DNA of 61,130 nt, filler included, from Gonapodya sp. JEL0774 (Eukaryota), in assembly GCA_027604505.1 (NCBI GenBank). It is 5 parts of 5 records of this genome, joined end to end, with 100 filler letters (N's around TTAATTAATTAA, not from the genome) between each part and the next. Parts side by side here need not be neighbours in the genome. Positions count along the whole stretch, not along the records: positions 12,327 to 24,504 come from JADIIX010000344.1; 4 more parts are not named here. One strand, written 5' to 3'. The notes under the pieces are model-generated. The model did no database searches. It was not told the DNA's origin and saw only the letters and a list, made by a program, of their open reading frames with translations. Positions 14,069 to 24,604 of this stretch are shown here, in pieces. Position numbers and translations under genes: made by a program. Each line of letters opens with the position of its first letter. Position 1 is the first letter of the stretch.

Positions 14069-17000
14069 ATGACCCAGACATGCATCATCTGTGGAAAGGA
14101 AGTCAAACATCCGAGATGGTTCAGGAAGCATGTCCTCCAGTGCTCAACATTAGACTACATGAGAAAACTGCAGGTCCAAGAAGATGGTGGTGGTGATTCA
14201 GAAGATGGGACAACATCTGATGACACATCAGACCAACTTCAGCCTTTTATGTCTGGAGGGGACCTAGGTGATACAGACATGGGCTCAGATATCTACGACC
14301 CTGCTGAAGAGGATGTCTTTGAGATGGATTTTGAGCTCAACAAACGTGACAAACCACCAACTGATACTGTACACGAAGCATCCACCCAAACAGAAGAATC
14401 TCTGTCCACATCAGACATCATCACACTTGTTTTTGACCTCATGGTTCTGACACGAACAATGGATATTTCCATGAACCAATTCAGTACACTGCTGGGTTAC
14501 ATTAAAGGGATTCTGTGTCACTTCATTCCATTAGCAGAGCTTCATATCTGGCCCAATAATATGAATGAGGCAGTTCATATACTCAATTCTGTTGGCTACC
14601 ATGGCACCAAGATTGTGTACACGTGTATCAGCAGCACCCACTACTGCAACATGGCTAGTTCAGATGCCAGGTGCACTGAGTGTGGGAAGCCAGCAGATAA
14701 CTGTTTGAAGTGGCTTTACATTGGTGAGTGTATACAGAAATGCATCACTTCATCTCACTTTCAAAGGGTTAGGTGACTTTTTCATTTTCCATGATCAAGG
14801 GGTAACACAACAGATCACCCAATTATTCAAGTCCAAGACACTGTGCCAGAAAATGCTGTTTTCATGGCTACACAGAGATAGATGGTGGTATCAGGAACCC
14901 AAAACACAGGACAAATACCAGGAACTTCATGATGGCTCTAGATGGGCTTCATACTCGTGGTTCTTTGATCCCACCAGTTTATTTACGCTTCCAGTGCTAT
15001 GCAAGTGTGGCCACATATTTCCAGGTATCCACTTAGAGGCACTTAGTGAGAAGCAACAAAGAAAGGATGTGGGTGATATTGGTTGGTCTACAGTGATTCT
15101 TCCATCTCATATATGTGACACAAATGAAGGAATGCACCATTGTCTGTCCACAGTGTCTATCCCGCCAGACAGTACAGGTACAGGAAGTCAGTGGACATCC
15201 ATGCAACTTAGTTTATATTCTTCACTGGGATACATGGAGAGTGTTCAAGAATGGAAATCGCAATTGTGGAGCCCTTGACCTCTCTATTGGGAACATGTCA
15301 AAAGAAAATCGTGCCAAAATGGATCACATCTTTGTTGCTGCCTTCATTCCTACCGATAAGATGGTGTTCAAGAAGAATGAACGACCACCTTTCTGGATGC
15401 ATCCATTCCTTGAACCTTTAATTGAGGAAATTCAGGTTGGCTTCATCAAAGGTGAGTCATTGATATCTGTTTCCAGTAATATTGCAGATACAACCAGTGA
15501 AGCAATTATGTTGAAAGGCTTTCCAGTACAATATGCATTGCACCATGCCGAACTTGACAAGTTCGGCATAAAACCTGGTGAAATGCTCTTAAGACATCTT
15601 GTCCTTTGCATTGCATGTGACCACCCAGCTAACTGTGAAATGGCTTGTGTCATCAATCAGGGAATCTGTGCTTGCCGTCGATGCAAACATCTCAGGGCAG
15701 TACTTGGATATCGAAGAGATGATGAAGGGAACATACTTCATGATGCAGGTGGAATTCCTCTACAAGGATCAAAATATTACTACCCAGGTATGAAGTCATT
15801 GGCTGCTGATGATTCTCCAAAACGGACAATGGAGGATGTCCACAAAGCATACGAAGAATTGGATTCTGCAATTGCAACAGGATCAAATGAAGGTCGTAAG
15901 AAAGTGGCTACAAAAACTGGATTCACCTGGCCATCTATCCTATTGCAACTCCACCAACTTTATGGATTTGATATAATCCATGATGTGCTTTTTGATGCAA
16001 TGCATACTTTTGACATGGGCTTGTGCAGGAATCTTTTCACACACATGGTTCAGAAGGGGCCACCTTATTTTGACATGCAATTATACAGTGTTCGGCTGAA
16101 TAGTTTCCCTTTCACTGCAGAGCATCGAGCAGGTCGAGTTCCCACTCAGAACGTCACAAAAGACACATTGGACTATTGGAAAGGTGAAGATGCTAACATC
16201 CAGCATGATTCATTTGCCTATTTTAAAACTCTGGAACTTTGATTTCAAGCTGTCCAATGGCAGCTTTTTGCAGATCCTGCCTCTACAACTGTGCTTGCCC
16301 ATGGAGTTACAACGCGTCCTGTCTATAAGCTTTGGGAATATATTCATATGATGGCAGGAATTTTACATGTTCATGGGAGAGCAGGTTGGACACCAGAGAT
16401 GATAATGGTGTACAAGAGCACAGCAATTTCGTATGGAAACTTACTTCTGGATGTATTTGGAGGCAAGTTTACAGCACAAACTTTGCTAACAGTTTCAGGT
16501 GAAAATTAGTTGTCCCACCACAATTAACAGTTGAAATGTTACCAATATCAGTGCACAATAATGTGCATATTGCCGAAGATGTCTATGCTTTCTCCTCACC
16601 AGACAATACCTGGTGCTTTGCAGCTGAGAGGAAGATTAGATCTTATATTCAGCCTTCCTCAAATATGAAGGAATTTGGTGAGAGAATATTCCATTCCAAT
16701 AATCTGTTCTTGAGACAACACATTGCCATTGATATCATAGAGGTTACATTTACAAATGCTGCTATACGGAAGAGCATACTCTATGCCTACAAAGAGCAGG
16801 CATTAGATGCACAAAGGTGGCTTGATGGTCAACCCTTTGTAATGGACAAACTGGTGGATACACCTTGTCCTGACCCAGTGAGGTTTTTGTTCCAATTTTG
16901 GTGGCACCTAGAAAATAACACCTCTTTCTCACTGTTTGTGATTGCAGCTCTATGTCTCAGGACTAGCCCGTGCACAAGACCTCGAAAGGGTCTGTGATGA

Positions 17001-19050
17001 CTCCTCTTGGAAAGAAACTTTTCTAGCAGGTTGCCTTGTGGGCAGTGGATCAGCACATGTATTTGTGCTGACACTGGATGAAAAGACACAGCTTCAGTTT
17101 GTTCATGGCAGAAAATTGCGGTACGTCCCAAGTTTGCAACTCCGCATTGAACCCATCTAAATATAGTGAAACTGGAAAGGCAGACTCCCTCCCAACTCCA
17201 TTATGTCTAGTGTCTCTGTTATGGATTTTGGATACAGAGCTCGTTCACTGTATAAGGGGGGAACTCTAATCAGGGCAGGAGAGTATGCTCTTATTGATGA
17301 TCCATGGGATAGAACAAGTTACAATCAAGTCTGCAAGATCAATTTCTTTTTTGCAGCAAAGGTGAGGAGGAAGCCATACTCCAATCAATTTCTTAACTGC
17401 ATCTTTCCTGTACATCCCCTTTGTGTCTTTATTCATGGATCTCATTTAACTGTATGCAGGTAAATGGGGAATGGGCAAACTTTCTAAATGGAACATTTGC
17501 GACATCAACGTCCCTGAAGGACAGTTGGTCAAGGTTCCGTATTGTACATGTTCCACAGCAAACACACCCAAACCTGAAGCAATACATCAAGATCAAAAGG
17601 GTACATGATCTGATCAGAAAGGTTGGGTTGTTTCACGAGCTCCCAGTGCAATCAAAATCTGTTCCACCTCATGTGGATCAATGCACAGTCATAGGTGGGT
17701 CTCAAAGTTTGTGTTTGTGTTTCATAAGCACTATAACCAACTCTGAGCTGCATTGCAAAATTAGACTTTGATCGTGACTTTGATCCCAGTACTGCACCTA
17801 CTCTGAGATATTATCCTCAAAAAGGTCATGTATTAAGATTCAATCAGCTCCAACCTGCAGGAACACATTTTGGTGTGGTAGTTGGTTTCTTGTACACTGA
17901 TGGGACACCAGACAACATGAGTACAATCTCTGTGAGACTAATGGAACTGCAAGGAACACATCTACTGAGGTTGTCTCACCCCAATGTACTGGAATCCAAA
18001 TTGATCCCACTCTCAAGCCAATTTGTTCAATTGTTTGGGGCATGGGACAGTCCCACCATTCCAGGTGATGTTTTTGCAGATGATGATATTTTCACTGCTT
18101 TCAATTGCATGGAGAACCAAAGAAACTATGTACCACGCACAAGGGTTACTCAGCTGTCAAATGTTCCCACAGGTGCACAAAGTCCGTCGACGTCAGTGGA
18201 GTTACCTCAACACAGCTCCAAATTGGTACCACAAAACCCAATTCCAACCACACTTGACATTGACTTAGAGGACTGCTTTCCTCTCCCACTGTCAGCCTCA
18301 CACCATAATAGTCACAGGAATGCCACAAATTCACAAACAGATAATCATTTGGACAGGATAACAAACTGGCATTCTATTCTGACTGAGCTTTCAAGTCCTC
18401 TGACAACAGATATTGTTGATGCAATGGGCACCAGAGCAAATGAGTGTCAAGATGCCACATGGTTTTATATTGAGACTATGTTTTCAAGCCTGAACTATCA
18501 CCAAAAACATCGCAACTCTTACGATTCTGCTCCAAGCAGACCTAATGACACAGTTGCTTTGAAAGCTCAAAGGTCCTTATACGTGTTCATCCCAATGGTG
18601 TCTGCGACAGGTCATATTTATCTAATTGTTTTCTGGAAGGAGAAAAATTCTCTCATTATATTTGACTCTAATGCAAGGCAAAGAGCAGCAGCATACTCAT
18701 CTGAAATGCATCGGGCAGTTGATTCTATGAGAAAAGTATTTGGAATAGCAATGGGCGAGAATCAACCAGAAGTGGTTGTAGTACAGGTGAGTCCAGTTGT
18801 GCTCATCACTTGTGACAGTTGAAGAAGAACCCAATAGTTTTTTTATCCCTTGTAGCAGTGGAAAGCTCCTCCATCCATAAGAAATCTGAGTAGTCAGGAC
18901 TATACCATCCTTGCAATGGGATTTGTCATAAAGAAGTTTGGTGTAATATCTCAGATACTACACGGATCTCAGTTACGTATTAAAGCACAGTTAACAGATC
19001 TAGTGCTATTAAATTTCAGAAAGTCCTTACTTGATACTTTAACTACATAA
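14069..19050 (+). CDS. CACTA transposase (Transposase_21/Tnp2-like DDE) with N-terminal Zn finger, fused to BAH-like and Ulp1/C48-like domains
   Basis: Motifs HDGSRW, LHWDTW, IACDHPA, CRRC, DAMH, WKGE and HNNVHI...WCFAAER. Checked GT-AG splices from 16878 onward keep the frame through IRAGEYALIDDP (BAH-like) and VFIPMVSATGHIYLIVF...IFDS (C48-like) to TAA at 19050. Confidence 0.82.
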
Positions 19051-19370
19051 ATGTAGCACAGGAGTGGGCACATGAGAATGTAGATTTGATCTGGGTTCTC
19101 TTTGTTTCATCTTATGCCTACAGACCAGGAGCACTAGAATCTGGAACAGCAGCTTCAACAAGTGAACAGAACATGACTCGTCTCCCAACATCAATCTCTG
19201 AAGGTTTGAAAGTGTACCAAGGTAGAAAGGCATGTGCAGGCACTGCTGGGGCAATCACAAGGCGCTGGCAAGCACACATAGCAAACATCACCCAGTCATC
19301 ACAGTGAAGAGTGTACTAAACAAATAGTCAGGTTGTATTGTTAAGTACCATTGATTGACGCCAGACTTCA

Positions 19371-22090
19371 CTATGGAATTCTCACCTCATCATGATCATC
19401 AATTTGAGTTATGTAGTAATCCAGACTCTGTAGATCTGGACTTCTACTATCAAGGTCCTCTCGGACTGACATAATCTGTTCAGTCAGGTATGCATCATCA
19501 ACACGCTTGTCTCTCACAGTTAAAAATGAAGCGTGGGGTGTTCCTATGCCACGAAGGTGGATAATTATCAAGCATGGGATGATAGAGTTCCCTGTGCGAT
19601 CATGCCTTGCAGTGCGGAATTGATGCACAATAAAGACAAAGTCAAGATCTTGCCCAGCAGGGTGTAAGTCAATGGGGTCTTCCAACTTATAGATATTGCT
19701 TTTCCATTTGGTCTGAGCATTCACATGAGCAATTGCAAGCTCCAAAAAACCTGAAAATAACTGTTGTCCAAATGGCAAGCCATGCAATTAGGGTAGTCAC
19801 ACACATGTATCATGTCACACAACTCACTGATTCGGGCACATAATAGGGAGGCGAAGTGTTTGGACGATTTCTGTTCCTCTTGGTAGGACTTGCAGTAAGG
19901 CGTTCAACACAGCTGCTTCCTACACATGTTAAAGCATCTAATTCTGGGCGTAAGAGGACCCTGCTGCCAGCACCAAATGCAGTTGGTACTGGGTAACTAG
20001 CTGTAGCAGCATAACAAAGTCTCTGTTTAGCTGAAGCAAGCTGTTGACATGAAATATCAAATTTTTGATTACACCAGTGTGTTAACGCTTATCAGGAGAA
20101 CCCATACCTCCACCTCTCCCGTTTTTATTGTATATTCCCAAACAATTCTCTGCAGAAAAAGATTTTCGTCCAAGTTCTCATCTTTGAGTTGCAGATTAAA
20201 TGGTGGGATGAGCCGATCTGCCAGCTGTAAAGGCACAGGGTGAGTTGCTGATGGGAGCCCCTGTGGTTGGCCAGAAGGGGCGGAGTCTTCGGTGGGCACA
20301 GATGGTTTTTGTGCTGTTGAGGTACTGTCATGAGCTTCTTTGGTAGGCACAGAAGGCCTTTGTGCTGCTGACATACTGCCACGAGCTTTGTAGATTGGCA
20401 CAGATGGCGTTTGTGCTGCTGAAGTGCTGCCACGAGTTGCAGAGGACTGATTGCGGACTCTTCCCTTCCCTTTCTGTGATTGAGTTTGGTCATATTGAGT
20501 GGGAAATGGTGCTGCTGTTGTAATAACACGGAATGGAACTTGATGTGATCCATCAATCACCTCCATGTCCTCTATGCCACCAGATTGTAAAGACTCCAAG
20601 ACATCTAGTTCCTCTGCAAGAGCATAATCTCTTCCCCATGGCTCAGACAGTTGTGGTAGAACATTGATTCCTGCCTCTCCCAAGCCCACGTTTCCCCTAA
20701 TCCTCTCATCTAGAAGCTCCAATCGCTCAACATGATTGAATGCACTGCGCCTCAAGGTTATAGCTGTGATGCTAGACTGAGAAGACAGTTCAATCAAGCC
20801 ACTCTCATCTTCCTCATAGTCTATTCCAGGTTTCAGCACCATAAAGTCATTTGCATCAGATTCAACAAGTGTTGCAAAAAAGATGGGAGAAAATATAGGA
20901 CCCAGATTGCAGTGCACCTCCTCAAACACATCAGCTGAGCCTTGTACTCTGTGTAATGGTCGATATTGCTTTTTAGTTGTCAATTGGACTAGCACAAAGG
21001 GATCTGAAGTAGCTTGATCACGTTCAAAAAGCACATGCACCAAAATGTCTCCAGTATTGAGGTCTGTAGTTGATACTTTTGATGTGAGCCCTAATAGGTC
21101 AGAGCAACTTAAGATTGAAAATGGTGAAAGAAGCGCAATTAGTTGAGTTCAAATCTTACAAGAACGGGGGCACCACGAGGTATCTAATGTGAGTGCTTTT
21201 TTGGGTGGAGGTTGCAAAAGGCCGAGTGATCTGAGCTTGGCATCTCGAATGTTTTGTTGGAGTTCATATTGTAAGCGAAAGTTCAAGTTATTTGCACAGA
21301 GCATCCAATCTGCAAACCACCTCTTTAGGTGGAGCTTAACAACACCAGAAGTGTGCGATTCTTCAACGTCAACTTCAGTACCCCACTTATACGCCCGAGG
21401 CACACCGCGATCCTCCTCCAATACCAGTGAGCTCAACACAAAGCGTTTTTCTGGTGACGTTGCCGGATTGTATACATAGTCCACCAGAGATCCTCTAACC
21501 CGGTCAAACCAAGCGCCCCACACAGCTGGTGCTCCCTGTATGCTCTTCCGTGTTGTGATGACCCAACCGACAGGAGACAACCGGTCACCCTCGTAGTTTT
21601 CGTCGTCTGCGCCAAGGTGAGCTACTAATATCCTTCTTGCTTCCACATCTTCATCAAGAACTTTGTAAGTAAAGTGTGGGAGTGAAAGATTTCAGTTGAT
21701 TCTTCTGATCGCCAAAATGGAATTGGAGATGATTTTGCACTAACCTATGCCACCTGCAATTCCATCAATTGGCAAGTCAACCAATGAATATGGCTCTGCC
21801 TCCAGCATGTACGTGTCAATGTTTGAGACATCAGGGCACACCAAGCTCAGATTCACTTCCTTGAATTTTTCCCAGACAGTAGGTCCTTCGTCCTCACGTT
21901 GCGGTCTACCCAATCTGAGTGCATGAGAAATCCCTCGAGTGGAGCGAGCGGTACGATTGAGCCGCTGAAATGCCTCCCGCGGTTTGTTGTCGGAGTTGCT
22001 TGGGTTTGCGTTTGAGACTCCAGCCACCCTTCCTCGACCAGCTCCACCAGCACGCCTATCCGAATTGAGTCCAAGTGTTCTAGATGACAT
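19371..22090 (-). CDS. Transposon cargo: hypothetical multi-exon protein with a 17-aa internal repeat
   Basis: Consecutive minus-strand ORFs of 117, 165, 324 and 138 aa separated by short intron-like gaps. No recognised domain. Confidence 0.55.
20293..20445 (-). repeat. Coding tandem repeat, ~51 bp x3 (xRGSTSAAQxPSVPxxx)
   Basis: TRGSTSAAQTPSVPIYK / ARGSMSAAQRPSVPTKE / AHDSTSTAQKPSVPTED. Confidence 0.85.
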
Positions 22091-22317
22091 CAAATGTTTC
22101 CAAGAGCGTCCTTTGTACCAGACAGAGTGAGTGATTGTGATACGAGAGGTGGGGTGCCTGAATCCAAGCCGAAACGTCCGCCCTTCCGTCTCTGACTATT
22201 TCCGGGTCCAAGCTTTCGTTCTTTTCGAGGGATTCAATTTGCGCGATGTTGCTCGAAGGGAAGTGGACGCACGTCTGATGGAAATTGGTTGAAGTGTGTT
22301 TGCGTGTTTGTAATTAG

Positions 22318-22353
22318 GAAGCACACAGAAGCACGCGTGCTTCTGCGTGCTTC
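22318..22353. repeat. 36-bp near-perfect palindrome (core CAGAAGCACGCGTGCTTCTG)
   Basis: 22326-22345 is perfectly self-complementary and extends to 36 bp with one mismatch. Confidence 0.85.
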
Positions 22354-24329
22354 TGTGCTTCCGCTGCCTTTGCACAGCGCCGCTAACTTTTCACCATTTC
22401 GAGCATCACCACTAAACAGAAGCTTCTACCTCGGAAAATCAGCACTGCTGCGCTGATTGTTTATTTAACAATCATGTTCTGGGCACCCGCCGCTGACATC
22501 GACGAATCGTGAGTGTTCCGCCCCCTCATCATTTTGGCAGAAGCTTTGATTTCTTCCCAGAGCAACTCATCAACAAGGAAACTAGCCACGATTGATTGAT
22601 TGGTGGTCAGACGCTGCATTTCTGCGTTGGAATGACCCTCTGGTGAGTTCGCTAGCGACTGGGAACGTTTGTTCATCTTCATGCGGTTTGCAGACAAGAA
22701 AGCACCACTGAAGGGGCCAAGTGCTTACAGAAGGTTTGATTATCTTCCAGATTGAAAGTTTTGCGACCTCGCAGGTGGCTGACATTCTCCTGATGTTCTG
22801 TTCCCCGCGTACATAAATCTTCGACAAAACTAGGCCCATACTGCAATTCTGATTCATTCACACTCTGAAAACATCACCGTTTCCGTTCTAGTTTCATCAG
22901 ATAGATGGGCCATGGGTGACCTTCACATGTACTTGTGAGTTGAACTTTGAATATGTCAGTCCCCAAGTGTGGTTTTGCCTGTGAGCTGCATTTCAGGTCA
23001 CGAAGCAACTCACTGTGGTACCTGCTGTTGAATATCAATTTTCAGTTTACATCGTAGTATTCCCTTGACCTTTGGTGGAATGCATGAGCGCAAGTGAGTG
23101 CAAGCTCTCTGGTGTTCGAACGTGACAACTTCGATCCCTTCCATCCCCTCGCTGCATTATTATTTTGGGAAGGCTCCATCACTGGTCAAATAATGAATAA
23201 CAAAAAGCTGTGGTGAGTGGACCTGAATGGGAAATTAAACACTCTGAAGTCAGCTTGCTACTGGCTGATTTCCTTTAGATTTTGATTCTACAAACCAACT
23301 TCATTGTTCAACAATCGACATATAAGCACTTGATACAAATACAGCCGTATTATTCCAGTTCATACTCAACATATCGATGAGTCCCAACTGTTTTGCAAAT
23401 TTTTGGGGTTTGAATTGAGCATTCATTCTTTTGTCCTCACTCCACACATCTCAACATATTCAATTTGCATCAAAGGCATACTAGGAATATATTTTGCTTG
23501 TTTTTCTGTACGAGGTACGTTGCCAGTCTCTGCAAGGGCTTCCAACCCTTAATCATGACTCAAGCATATGAATTTCCTGGATGTGTTTGTATGAACCACC
23601 AAGGGAGTTGCACCTTTGGTGGTACAATCTCCTCACAACTCTGTGCCTGTTGTCATAAAGCAATTGTATTTTGGGACAGGTCGTCTTTTGTTTCTTTCTT
23701 TCTTGACCAAGTCTTGCTCATGAGATGCCAGCCTTAATGTGATGTGAGTTCCCCCTTCTTGATCAATGGTATTATGCTTTCTGCTCACCATTTTGTCATA
23801 TTTCAATACCTTGGCTGATCTTGACTTAACATTGCACCAAAACTCTTCAACAACTGAGTTTTGCAACAAAAAATGTGGGTTTCTCTGCTTCAGCCACTTA
23901 TGCCATACGTTTGTACTCTTTGTAACCCTGAATCACTGTTTTAAGTCTCTAATGCATGCAGACAGCCACACAGCTTCTCCCTTCAAATCTACCTCACCCA
24001 AGCTGTCCCTTCTTCCCCTGGTCTTTTATCTTTATCAGACAATGATTCTGGTAGGTTGTTTTGAATGTCAGCTTTCATGATGCATGAGTGCCCAGGTAAG
24101 CGTAAGCATGGTAAGCAGCATCGTAGGCAGTGTATTAGGACCGGAACTGTCCAATAAGCTAGCCACGTTTTCTGTATATGTAATTATCATGTAATTATGT
24201 GCATTTATTCAATACAAGTAAATCTATCAAATTCATATATTGCGCTAAATACAGCCCACCAGCCACCTGCTGACCCCCCACACCGAAAGCTGGTGCACAG
24301 GCACCTGAAACCAAAGGAGAATCAGAGGT

Positions 24330-24503
24330 AGATTTCAGGGTGGGTGTCAAGCCGGTGTCAGGGGTAGGCGTCAGTGTCAGACCCCTGATACAGGTAGGTG
24401 TATCCGGGGTCTGACTCTGGTCTGACACACCCCCGACACACCCCTGACATTGCGCGATGTCAGGGGTGTGTCAGGGTCTGAAATCGGGGAGTTTTTTCCT
24501 GTG
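24330..24503 (-). repeat. Right TIR (5'-CACAGGAAAAAACTCCCCG...) and subterminal repeat array (ACCCCTGACA / TGTCAGGGGT)
   Basis: The reverse complement of the contig end begins CACAG. There are multiple direct and inverted CCCCTGACA-like units and a perfect 16-bp stem at 24435-24450/24457-24472. Confidence 0.8.
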
Positions 24504-24504
24504 C

Positions 24505-24604
24505 NNNNNNNNNNNNNNNNNNNNNNNNNNNNNNNNNNNNNNNNNNNNTTAATTAATTAANNNNNNNNNNNNNNNNNNNNNNNNNNNNNNNNNNNNNNNN
24601 NNNN
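24505..24604. other. Artificial contig linker
   Basis: N44-TTAATTAATTAA-N44. Confidence 0.98.

Larger units (their letters stand above)
12327..24503 (+). mobile_element. Large CACTA/EnSpm (CMC superfamily) DNA transposon, left end missing
   Basis: Contains a Tnp2-type transposase, a CACAG-type terminus at 24503 and subterminal repeats. CpG-depleted composition across most of the contig is distinct from the other contigs. Confidence 0.8.
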
